Numbered from the stretch's first letter, positions 26,078-34,337 are shown. The stretch: 55,888 nucleotides of DNA from Minisyncoccota bacterium (GCA_017991895.1 JAGOPR010000003.1:1-55888), one strand, 5' to 3'. Notes: a model not told the origin generated them from the sequence alone. Program-made: numbers and translations.

Positions 26078-26155
26078 AGTAAGTAATTAGTAGATAGTAG
26101 TTAGTAGAAGATGCAAATGCACTAGCTACTAACTACTTACTACTATCTACTAACT
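26078..26155. repeat. Inverted pair of 7-nt tandem arrays (TAGTAG-type / CTACTAA-type) in the tuf-rpsJ spacer
   Basis: The left arm is AGTAAGTAATTAGTAGATAGTAGTTAGTAG. The right arm is CTACTAA CTACTTA CTACTAT CTACTAA. Confidence 0.85.
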
Positions 26156-26162
26156 TCCCCAT

Positions 26163-26543
26163 ATGGCCGAAACAAAAATAACAACAAAAAAGCCACGAGT
26201 AGCTAAGACAAAAACAGCTTCTGCTGAAAAGTCTGGTGAAGTGCGTCTTCGAATCCGCGTACGAGCATACGAGAACAAAATTCTTGATAACTCTGTAAAG
26301 CAGATTATGGATACAGCGCTCCGTCATGATGCCACAATCCTTGGTCCAACACCGCTTCCAACTGAAATCAAAAAATACACGGTCAACCGTTCTCCGTTTA
26401 TCTATAAGAATACCCGTGAACAATTTGAAATTCGAGTACACAAGCGCGTGATTGATATCCTAAATCCAGGCGCGAAAACAATTGAAGCTCTCACAAATCT
26501 TTCTCTCCCTTCTGGTGTAGAAATTGACGTTAAGATGCTCTAA
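26163..26543 (+). CDS. rpsJ: 30S ribosomal protein S10, with a ~25-aa basic N-terminal extension
   Basis: [25 protein letters not shown]...GPTPLPT. Confidence 0.95.
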   Translation: MAETKITTKKPRVAKTKTASAEKSGEVRLRIRVRAYENKILDNSVKQIMDTALRHDATILGPTPLPTEIKKYTVNRSPFIYKNTREQFEIRVHKRVIDILNPGAKTIEALTNLSLPSGVEIDVKML

Positions 26544-26596
26544 AGAAAGATTACTATTCATGAACGAACGCATATGCGTTCGGTCCACTGAAATTT

Positions 26597-27211
26597 ATGA
26601 AATTTATACTAGGTACAAAACAGAACATGACAGAGTACTTTTCCGAAGACGGAAAAGTACATCCTGCAACGATCGTTACTGCAGGCCCTATCGTTGTCAC
26701 TCAGGTGAAGACGAAAGAAACTGACGGCTATACAGCTCTTCAGGTAGGCTACGGAACACGAAAGGCTAAGAACATTACAAAATCAGTAAAGGGACACATG
26801 GGCGAAGGCTCATATGCAGAACTTTGCGAGTTTGTAGTATCTGCTGAACAAGCAGGAGGAATGAAAAAAGGCGACGCTATCACTGCAGGCACATTTGCTG
26901 TCGGTGACGAGGTTGCGGTTTCAGGAATCTCAAAAGCAAAAGGTTTCCAAGGTGTTATCAAACGTCACAACTTCAAAGGAGGTCCACGTTCCCACGGTCA
27001 GAAACACTCTGAACGTGCACCGGGATCAATCGGTGGAGGTCTTCGTAATCGTGTTCCAAAAGGAATGCGCATGGGAGGACGTACTGGCGGTGATCGCATA
27101 ACTGTAAGCAATCTTAAAATCCTCGCTGTCGACGCGGATACAAACACACTTCTCATCTCCGGAGCTGTCCCAGGACGCCGAGGAACGATGCTTGAAATCG
27201 TACAAAAGTAA
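26597..27211 (+). CDS. rplC: 50S ribosomal protein L3
   Basis: ILGTKQNMTEYF...GISKAKGFQGVIKRHNFKGGPRSHG. Confidence 0.95.
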   Translation: MKFILGTKQNMTEYFSEDGKVHPATIVTAGPIVVTQVKTKETDGYTALQVGYGTRKAKNITKSVKGHMGEGSYAELCEFVVSAEQAGGMKKGDAITAGTFAVGDEVAVSGISKAKGFQGVIKRHNFKGGPRSHGQKHSERAPGSIGGGLRNRVPKGMRMGGRTGGDRITVSNLKILAVDADTNTLLISGAVPGRRGTMLEIVQK

Positions 27212-27214
27212 TAT

Positions 27215-27889
27215 ATGGAAAATACAATATATACAAAAAAAGGTGCGAAGGGTGGTTCTATCAAGTTACCTGAAAAGGTTTTCGGAGTTTCTTGGAATGG
27301 AGACCTTGTTCACCAAGTTCTTCATGCCATTACTGCGAACACTCGTGCTGGAACTGCGGACACAAAAGGACGTAGTGAAGTGCGTGGAGGAGGTAAGAAG
27401 CCTTGGAAACAGAAAGGTACTGGACGCGCTCGTCATGGATCATCTCGCTCTCCGATCTGGAAAGGTGGAGGTGTTACTCACGGACCTCTTGCAGAAAAGA
27501 ATTACAAGCAGAAAGTAAACAAGAAGATGGCTGGTAAAGCTCTCGCGACTGCTCTTTCAGCAAAACTCCGAGATGGAGAAATTCTTTTTGTTGAAGCTCT
27601 AGGATTCAAAGCTCCAAAGACAAGCGAAGCAGCAGAAATGGTACAGGCATTTGCAGGTATCAAAGGTTTTGAGAAGCTTGCAAAGGCACGAAAGCCAAAA
27701 GCAATGCTTGTTATTCCTTCTGTTGATAAAGCATTGTCTCAGAGTTTCCGCAACGTGCCACAGATTTCAATCTCACTTGCGAAAGATTTGAACACTTTTG
27801 ACGTTCTAAATCATCAGTATGTTATTTTTGCTGGCCCCGAGGCTTCTGTCGACGCACTCGTTAAACGCTGTGTCGTATCAAAGAAGTAA
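27215..27889 (+). CDS. rplD: 50S ribosomal protein L4
   Basis: KGRSEVRGGGKKPWKQKGTGRARHGS. Confidence 0.95.
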   Translation: MENTIYTKKGAKGGSIKLPEKVFGVSWNGDLVHQVLHAITANTRAGTADTKGRSEVRGGGKKPWKQKGTGRARHGSSRSPIWKGGGVTHGPLAEKNYKQKVNKKMAGKALATALSAKLRDGEILFVEALGFKAPKTSEAAEMVQAFAGIKGFEKLAKARKPKAMLVIPSVDKALSQSFRNVPQISISLAKDLNTFDVLNHQYVIFAGPEASVDALVKRCVVSKK

Positions 27890-27892
27890 TCT

Positions 27893-28183
27893 ATGAACAA
27901 AGCCCCAGGAGTAATTCTCAAAAATCCAAGAATCACTGAAAAAGCTTCTATTGTTGCAGAAAAAAATGCTTATACATTTGATGTTATGGCAAGCGCAACA
28001 AAGAAAGAAATCGAACAGGCAGTAAAGACTTTGTATAAGGTCACTCCAGTTCGCATCCGTACACTTTCTATCCCAAACAAGTCTACAAATCCTCGCGGAC
28101 GTAAAGGTAAGCCAGGTATGAGTGGAGGAGGAAAGAAAGCATACGTTTATTTGAAAAAGGGCGATAAGATCGAAGTCCTGTAG
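27893..28183 (+). CDS. rplW: 50S ribosomal protein L23
   Basis: ILKNPRITEKASI...YTFDVMASATKKEIEQAVKTLY. Confidence 0.93.
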   Translation: MNKAPGVILKNPRITEKASIVAEKNAYTFDVMASATKKEIEQAVKTLYKVTPVRIRTLSIPNKSTNPRGRKGKPGMSGGGKKAYVYLKKGDKIEVL

Positions 28184-28220
28184 TAAGTTAAAAACTTAAA
28201 TCTACGAAATCTATACCTAT

Positions 28221-29063
28221 ATGAAAACCTACAAACCTACATCAAAATCCCGTCGTCACATGACTAATGTTATGTACCGTGGAGTGCTTACCCACACTGA
28301 ACCGCACAAAGCGCTTACGAGTGGTCTCAAGCGCGACATGGGTCGCAATAACCTCGGACGCATTACTGTGCGCCACAAGGGGGGAGGAAACAAGAAGCTC
28401 TATCGTGAGGTTGACTTCATGTTTGAAAAGAAAAATATTCCAGCAAAAGTAGTATCAGTTGAATACGATCCTTTCCGAACATCATTCATCTCACTAGTTG
28501 CATACAAGGATGGAGAGAAGCGATATATGCTTACTCCAAAATCAGTACGCCCAGGTGCTACATTTACAGTATCTACTGATGCTCCACTTGTTACTCCAAA
28601 CCGACTTCCACTTACAAAGATTCCAGTTGGTACTTTTGTTTACAATATTGAACTCAAGCCAGAAGGAGGCGCGAAGCTTGTCCGCTCAGCGGGTAACTTT
28701 GCACAGGTTGTGGCGAATGACGGAGGATATACACTTATAAAACTCCCATCATCTGAAGTTCGAAAAGTTTCTGAAAAATGCTGGGCAACAATTGGTGAAG
28801 TCTCAAACGACGAACATCACCTTGTAAACGTTGGAAAGGCAGGACGTTCTCGTCACAAAGGTATTCGCCCAACAGTTCGTGGTACTGCCATGAACCCTGT
28901 TGACCACCCATACGGTGGAGGTGAAGGCCGACAAGGACGTGGAACACGACGACCGAAGACAATGTGGGGTAAGGTTACCGGAGGTCGTAAGACTCGAGGT
29001 CCGAAGAAATATTCAAACCACCTTATAATTTCTCGCCGAGTAGTCAGTAAGAAAAACAAGTAA
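28221..29063 (+). CDS. rplB: 50S ribosomal protein L2
   Basis: RHKGGGNKKLYR, GNFAQVVA, and MNPVDHPYGGGEGR. Confidence 0.97.
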   Translation: MKTYKPTSKSRRHMTNVMYRGVLTHTEPHKALTSGLKRDMGRNNLGRITVRHKGGGNKKLYREVDFMFEKKNIPAKVVSVEYDPFRTSFISLVAYKDGEKRYMLTPKSVRPGATFTVSTDAPLVTPNRLPLTKIPVGTFVYNIELKPEGGAKLVRSAGNFAQVVANDGGYTLIKLPSSEVRKVSEKCWATIGEVSNDEHHLVNVGKAGRSRHKGIRPTVRGTAMNPVDHPYGGGEGRQGRGTRRPKTMWGKVTGGRKTRGPKKYSNHLIISRRVVSKKNK

Positions 29064-29093
29064 CACCTGAACACTTAAACAAGAAACACATAC

Positions 29094-29125
29094 AAAAAGC
29101 CCCGCGCTAATGCGCGGGGCTTTTT
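29094..29125 (+). terminator. Intrinsic terminator after rplB
   Basis: AAAAAGCCCCGCGC-TAAT-GCGCGGGGCTTTTT. The stem is identical to the terminator after rplE. Confidence 0.85.
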
Positions 29126-29132
29126 GTATGGC

Positions 29133-29160
29133 TTGACATACTTTTGTCGTTTGATATGGT
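29133..29160 (+). promoter_or_regulatory. Candidate promoter (TTGACA-N16-TATGGT)
   Basis: The -10 ends 6 nt before the ATG at 29167. Confidence 0.5.
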
Positions 29161-29166
29161 AGGAGT

Positions 29167-29241
29167 ATGTTCGCACAGAAAAACATTGTAGTCGCTCTAA
29201 TTATCATCCTTAAAAAAGGAGGGGCTACTTTTGTTGCATAA
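29167..29241 (+). CDS. Possible leaderless 24-aa hydrophobic peptide
   Basis: MFAQKNIVVALIIILKKGGATFVA, read by hand. It is bracketed by a promoter and the terminator at 29263-29299. Confidence 0.2.
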   Translation: MFAQKNIVVALIIILKKGGATFVA

Positions 29242-29262
29242 CCACGTATAAAAATAAACAGC

Positions 29263-29299
29263 AAAAAGAAAACCCTCCCCGCGGAGGGTTTTCTTTTTG
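29263..29299 (+). terminator. Intrinsic terminator
   Basis: AAAAAGAAAACCCTCC-CCGC-GGAGGGTTTTCTTTTT. Confidence 0.7.
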
Positions 29300-29509
29300 T
29301 AAAAAATTCTAAAAAACTCGTTTTCGAGCCAGTGCGTCTGGGGAGTCTAGAAACCCCAGACGCGGTGGTCCGAAAAAGAGACCACTGTAGCAAAAACGCT
29401 ATATCGACTAGGCACAGGTGCCAAATCGACGCGGAGCAATGGTAAGCTCGTCTCAAAAAATTCCAAGAGTTCATTAACAAATTCATAACACATCAAAAAA
29501 CTAGACGAG

Positions 29510-29845
29510 ATGTTTAAGAAATTATTTTACGAAAATAACAAATGGACAGCACTTGATTGTCCTCCAAAAGATAGTAAGCGGGATGGTTACGTAACTGTAT
29601 GGAAATTTAAGAATGACTGTATGAGTGCACCAAATCTTTGGCTAAGCCGCATGTGTCAGAAAATACGAGATAAGTACGGGCATGATATTGATAAACACGA
29701 GCTAATGGCTATGACTTTAGATCTTATGAAATTAGAATGTGTTTATGCCGACATCAATTTTTATTTTGAGGATGATGGATTTGTAATCGGCATAGGCGAA
29801 ATAGCAGAGGAAAAATTATTTCACGTGAGCGCAACTCACATCTAA
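29510..29845 (+). CDS. Hypothetical 111-aa protein
   Basis: ORF only. No family recognised. Confidence 0.5.
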   Translation: MFKKLFYENNKWTALDCPPKDSKRDGYVTVWKFKNDCMSAPNLWLSRMCQKIRDKYGHDIDKHELMAMTLDLMKLECVYADINFYFEDDGFVIGIGEIAEEKLFHVSATHI

Positions 29846-29861
29846 AATCAACGTTCAGATT

Positions 29862-30326
29862 ATGAGAAATGCCACTGATAAGGAGCTCGTTTTGAAGTAC
29901 CTAAGTATGAACGAGCAAGAGTTGCTTACGGAGTATATTTTGCGCCATGATGGGTCAACATTTGCTGTTTGTCGGACAGAAAATTGGGAATTCCGTACAC
30001 ACGATGAATTTTTAGATCTTAGACAAAAAATCACAAAGGATAACTTGGTCTGCCCATTTGAGGACCCGATAGATTATACAGGACTGTCGCTTTATGGTTT
30101 TAATGGATTGATACACCGAGCTAGTTATTCTTCTGACAATTTATTTTCGATCAATTTTCTTTTCGCGTACAGTAAACACCATAAGTTATTCCAGCAACTT
30201 GCGTTTGACTATGACAAATTACTCGTGGGCGATCTAACCCTAGTTTTTGTTGAGCCCAGAAGTATATATTGGAAAGAAACTAAAATAACTGGCGATGTGC
30301 ACTATACTAAAAGTTTTAAATATTAG
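29862..30326 (+). CDS. Hypothetical 154-aa protein
   Basis: ORF only, 16 nt after the previous gene. No family recognised. Confidence 0.5.
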   Translation: MRNATDKELVLKYLSMNEQELLTEYILRHDGSTFAVCRTENWEFRTHDEFLDLRQKITKDNLVCPFEDPIDYTGLSLYGFNGLIHRASYSSDNLFSINFLFAYSKHHKLFQQLAFDYDKLLVGDLTLVFVEPRSIYWKETKITGDVHYTKSFKY

Positions 30327-30336
30327 AATAAAGCTA

Positions 30337-30370
30337 AACAGTCTGAACAAAATGTTCAGCTGTTTTCTTT
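30337..30370 (+). terminator. Intrinsic terminator
   Basis: AACAGtCTGAACA-AAA-TGTTCAGCTGTT followed by TTCTTTTTATTT. Confidence 0.6.
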
Positions 30371-30398
30371 TTATTTCCTCGTGATACACTTTGCTTAT

Positions 30399-30788
30399 AT
30401 GAAACCCGAAGAAACAAAAAAATTTAGCTTGCACAAAAGAGTTAAGAGCACCAATCATGGCCTGCGGGGAATAGGCGTAATGTTTCGCCACGGTCACAAT
30501 GCGTGGCTGTTTATTTTCTTCGCCCTCGTTCCTTTGTATCTCGGTTTTAAGCTCTGTATTTCTACAACAGAGTGGCTAGTGCTCATACTTACTTTCATTG
30601 TTGTTATGGCACTTGAGGCAGTAAATACGGCCATGGAAATTCATATGGACCTCACGAGCCCTGACGAGCACCCGCATGCTCGCGATACGAAAGACGTTGC
30701 CGCTGGAGCAGTACTTATAGCAGTATTTTTTGGAGGTATTATCGGTATGATAATTTTTATACCTAAGGTTTTAAGTCTTTTCTCCTAA
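30399..30788 (+). CDS. dgkA: Diacylglycerol/undecaprenol kinase (prokaryotic DgkA family)
   Basis: LEAVNTAMEIHMDL...HPHARDTKDVAAGAVLIAVF and 3 TM helices. The ATG at 30399 is preferred over the GTG at 30381. Confidence 0.8.
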   Translation: MKPEETKKFSLHKRVKSTNHGLRGIGVMFRHGHNAWLFIFFALVPLYLGFKLCISTTEWLVLILTFIVVMALEAVNTAMEIHMDLTSPDEHPHARDTKDVAAGAVLIAVFFGGIIGMIIFIPKVLSLFS

Positions 30789-30812
30789 TAAGTAAGTTGG
30801 TTTATCCCCCAA

Positions 30813-30840
30813 TTGGCTAAAAATATTGGCATGCTATGAT
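30813..30840 (+). promoter_or_regulatory. Candidate promoter (TTGGCT-N16-TATGAT, extended TGC) 8 nt before the ATG
   Basis: Seen directly upstream of 30849. Confidence 0.45.
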
Positions 30841-30848
30841 AGCTGTCC

Positions 30849-31688
30849 ATGACCCCGCTAGCAATCATTACATTCCGCGAATTCTTTGAAGCGTGGCTTA
30901 TAGTTGGCCTATTTATAGGTATCGCAAAGAGTTTAAATCTCGGTCGCGGGCGGGATATGCTTAAAGCTGTTTTGCTAGGAATGGTTATCGCCATAATTAT
31001 TCCATCGGTTGTTTTCCTTGCGGGAGATAGCTTGCAGAGAATCTGGACTGAAGAAAAAGTGGAGTTGACCGAGGGAGTATTGATGATTGTGGCGTCTCTA
31101 ATGATAGGCATTGTTAGCCTATATTTGCATAAATTTTTCTCAGTAAAACGGCAAGCAGTAATCAAACAAGCAACTGAAAAATTGCAGACAAATGTATTCG
31201 ACAGAGCACTTTTTACTATTATTGTTATTTCAATTGTAAGAGAAGGACTTGAGATTGGACTTTTTGCACTATCTATTTCTCTTGTAACTCCAGTTAAGAC
31301 GCTTTTTTTAGGGCTTGGAGTAGGTTTCGCCGTAGCCTCGGTTGTTGGGATTTTTGCGATGCTGGCATACAAGCGACTACCGATTAAAAAAATATATGCA
31401 GTCACGGAGATAGGGATACTTTTTGTCGGGGCGGCACTTTTCAAAAATGGTATTTCAGAAATACTTGAAGTAATCTGGCACATTGATACATCAAAAATTT
31501 TACCGCTACCACTTTCATTTATGCCAAGTCATGAAAGCCTCCTCGGACATTTTTTGAATACAATTTTTGGTATCGAGAGAGAATTTAGTTTAGCAAAGTT
31601 ATTGCTTATTACTTTGTACTTTGGCGCTGTATATTATTTTGTTTTCCATAGAGCAAAACAAAAACAGATTGCTTCTGCTACTGCTTAG
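30849..31688 (+). CDS. FTR1/EfeU-family iron permease
   Basis: Two REXXE motifs in TM helices (FREFFEAW and IVREGLEIGLF). Multi-TM. Confidence 0.8.
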   Translation: MTPLAIITFREFFEAWLIVGLFIGIAKSLNLGRGRDMLKAVLLGMVIAIIIPSVVFLAGDSLQRIWTEEKVELTEGVLMIVASLMIGIVSLYLHKFFSVKRQAVIKQATEKLQTNVFDRALFTIIVISIVREGLEIGLFALSISLVTPVKTLFLGLGVGFAVASVVGIFAMLAYKRLPIKKIYAVTEIGILFVGAALFKNGISEILEVIWHIDTSKILPLPLSFMPSHESLLGHFLNTIFGIEREFSLAKLLLITLYFGAVYYFVFHRAKQKQIASATA

Positions 31689-34113
31689 CCTTTTTCACAT
31701 ATTTTTTGAACTCGTTTCCTTTTTCTTCAAAATTTTTCCACACAGAGTAACTAGGTGAGGCAGTTGAGAGGAGGCAGATGCTTCCTCTTGGAGTGTTTTT
31801 GTAGGCGAATGCGACAGCCTGTTTCATACTTCTTGTTTCTAGAATATTGAGACCTTTTTTATTTTTCAGCATACGACTTCCACTCGTAGGGAAAAGCACG
31901 ATATTTTTTATTTTATATTTTCGGACAGTTTTTTCTAGATCAGTAAAATCATATCCACGGTCTTCTCCACCGAGAAAGAGCGTGCCGATATTTTTTAATG
32001 TCTTTATAGCAGCGATTGCAGACTGCGGAGTCGTTGAAATCGCATCATCATAAAAAGTGATGCCATTATGTGTTCCAATCAGTTCAAGTCGGTGTGGAAG
32101 AGGTCTAAAATTTTTGATTGCCTTCGCGATTGCACTATCTTTTATTCCGAGTGCGCGGGCGACGGCAACTGACGCACGAATATTCATCTTGTTGTGTTCG
32201 CCTAAGAGCGGAATTTCTTTAGTTGGAATCTTTGCAGTAAACGGCGGAAGGATTTTTATGTCACCAGCTTTTTGATATTTAAAAATATTCATCTTTGCCT
32301 CGTAGTAAGCAGGGAGACTGGTGTGGTAGTTCATATGCTCCGGAAAGAGGTTGATAAGTAAGGATATATTTGGAGAATACTCGATGTCGTCGAGCATGTA
32401 ACTCGAGAGTTCAATTACGAATACCTCTTTTTTATCAATTTTTCTGAGTAGGGCTTCAAGCATTGGATTACCAATGTTACCGAGGAGGCGAACTTTTTTT
32501 CCACCAGCTTTTAGCATTTCATACACGAGTGTCGTTGTTGTACTTTTGCCTTTGGTCCCAGTGATTCCTACGGTAAGGTTTTTGTTTTGAGAGAAAAAGA
32601 CATTTGTCGCCGTCGTATATGCTCCAGTAACTTTTTCTTTGGGAATTCCGGGGGTTTTAATTATTAGGTCAAAATTCTTTTGCTTTGCGAGATAGTTCTT
32701 ATCGCGGTCTTCATCAAGGATGCCAATTTTGAGTTTTGGGTAGAACTTTTTCAGATATTTTTCGGTAACCTTACCTTCTCTTCGGTAGCCGAGTATTCCT
32801 ACGGTTTCAATTCCGAGGAACTTAAATGGTGTTGGCAGAGTAGGGGCATGAGTAGTTTGCATAACTGTTTCTATTAGAGTTTCAGGATTTTTTATTTTTT
32901 TGAGATATTTCTTTGTAACAATATCGCTCTTGTACGAATTTGCGGAAAGATAAAGTGAGGCACGGGATTCTTCAAATGTTCCTACGCATTCAAACGGTTT
33001 CATCGAGCCGAAGCCGAGAATGTCGCCAAAGAGCGGAATAAGACTTTCATCCGCCAGCAGATTTTTACCGAATATTTTAACGAGTTCAGTTTTTGGAATA
33101 AATGGAGAGAGTATTAAAAAGACGAACGCACATTTTGGACATTCTCCACACCAAAGAGTGTCGGGTCGATCTTTGAAAACTTTGAAATTTCGATTACAAC
33201 TCGAGAATGTCTCAAAGTATTTTGGATATCTTGAAAAAAGTTTGGCAACACGGATTTCGTAGAATTGACGAAGAAGTGAAAAGTATTGTATGTCAGTTGT
33301 AATATTTCCACGTGTGTATTCTTGGAGCATCGCTTCAAACTCAGCTGACTTGCTCCACTGGTGGTTTATAGTTTCTCCTTTATATTCAGCATTTCCAAAG
33401 TTACTTGAGTGCTCGTTGCCAACAACCACATACTTATATCCGTAGAGAGCCGATGAAAGGAGACCTGTAAAAGCGAAGATAGCAGAAATTGGAATGTGTC
33501 CATTGTACGCGCCAGCGTGTTCCTCGAATATCTGTGGGTCGAGAATACGCCTTATTTTAAGGCTTGGATTTCCAATGATATCTATAACTTGCTCTGCTAT
33601 CGGGTCTCCCTTCTGTGTCTCCAAGAGGTAAGACGCTACATCGAAGTCCCTGAGGAGCTCTGTTGCGACGATAGAATCTTTTCCTCCGCCGATGCCGAGA
33701 AGTATTTTTTCAGATGTGCTGACAGATACGGGTGAAGCTTTAACTTTTTTTGAAAAGGGAAACCTCGCAACTTTTTTAGGATCGAGATTATTTCGGTACA
33801 AAAATTCGCCAAGTCCTTTTCTATATACGGTATTCCAAAACTCCGCTTGTTTTTCTGAGAGGGGGAATGCAGTAGCAATTTTCGGAGGGCAATAAAGTTT
33901 GTAATAACTGATACCGAGAATGAGCGAAAGCGGATCGAGGAATTTTTCTAAGACTTCTGGCGAGATCTTACGCGGAGTTTTTGGCAATAAAATTGTTTCA
34001 CTAAAGGAGAGTGGCGCGCGATCAGAAAATTCGATTGAGTAATCGAAGGTGATTTTAAGGCAATCCGGTTCGTAGGTGTAGCCTTTGAAATTGAAGGCGG
34101 TGGCTTTGGACAT
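31678..34113 (-). CDS. murD: Fusion protein: N-terminal ~440-aa PP-loop-type domain (possible MurL-like epimerase) plus C-terminal UDP-N-acetylmuramoylalanine-glutamate ligase (MurD family)
   Basis: The C-terminal half has GITGTKGKSTTTTL, LSSYML, GEHNKMN and HRLE (Mur ligase motifs). The N-terminal half has LLGIGGGKDS (SGGxDS-like) and WCGECPKC. Confidence 0.8.
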   Translation of the reverse strand: MSKATAFNFKGYTYEPDCLKITFDYSIEFSDRAPLSFSETILLPKTPRKISPEVLEKFLDPLSLILGISYYKLYCPPKIATAFPLSEKQAEFWNTVYRKGLGEFLYRNNLDPKKVARFPFSKKVKASPVSVSTSEKILLGIGGGKDSIVATELLRDFDVASYLLETQKGDPIAEQVIDIIGNPSLKIRRILDPQIFEEHAGAYNGHIPISAIFAFTGLLSSALYGYKYVVVGNEHSSNFGNAEYKGETINHQWSKSAEFEAMLQEYTRGNITTDIQYFSLLRQFYEIRVAKLFSRYPKYFETFSSCNRNFKVFKDRPDTLWCGECPKCAFVFLILSPFIPKTELVKIFGKNLLADESLIPLFGDILGFGSMKPFECVGTFEESRASLYLSANSYKSDIVTKKYLKKIKNPETLIETVMQTTHAPTLPTPFKFLGIETVGILGYRREGKVTEKYLKKFYPKLKIGILDEDRDKNYLAKQKNFDLIIKTPGIPKEKVTGAYTTATNVFFSQNKNLTVGITGTKGKSTTTTLVYEMLKAGGKKVRLLGNIGNPMLEALLRKIDKKEVFVIELSSYMLDDIEYSPNISLLINLFPEHMNYHTSLPAYYEAKMNIFKYQKAGDIKILPPFTAKIPTKEIPLLGEHNKMNIRASVAVARALGIKDSAIAKAIKNFRPLPHRLELIGTHNGITFYDDAISTTPQSAIAAIKTLKNIGTLFLGGEDRGYDFTDLEKTVRKYKIKNIVLFPTSGSRMLKNKKGLNILETRSMKQAVAFAYKNTPRGSICLLSTASPSYSVWKNFEEKGNEFKKYVKKAKQ

Positions 34114-34209
34114 TACCTCTATACCTTACCCAAAAACCCCAAAATAGCCAAGAAAATAAGAATCTGGACTCCGGATCGAGTTCGGGACGACCTGCTCATG
34201 CGGGTCGAT

Positions 34210-34237
34210 TTGACTTATAAAAACAATCTGCTAGTAT
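34210..34237 (+). promoter_or_regulatory. Restart promoter for rpsS-...-rplE
   Basis: GGGTCGATTTGACT-N16-TAGTAT. About 45 nt is homologous to the promoter at 40243-40290. Confidence 0.6.
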
Positions 34238-34337
34238 GTCCCTTGCGTGGCTCTCTCAAGGGCTGTTTTTAATTCTAAAAATTAAACACGTAACAGTGGT
34301 TGCCAATTTAATGGCAGTTCCACCTCTAACGGATAAA

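Noticed and set aside
29013-29486. 157-aa minus-strand ORF spanning the rplB 3' end and the start of the insertion.
   Set aside because: It reads through two intrinsic terminator hairpins, a promoter and the rplB stop region. Its open frame is explained by palindromic GC-rich hairpins.
34150-34200. Possible tRNA fragment or T-arm in the GC-rich stretch GGACTCCGGATCGAGTTCGGGACGACC upstream of the rpsS promoter.
   Set aside because: The flanks of the TCGAGTT loop are not complementary and no acceptor stem can be formed. It probably belongs to the divergent promoter region of the MurD-fusion gene.
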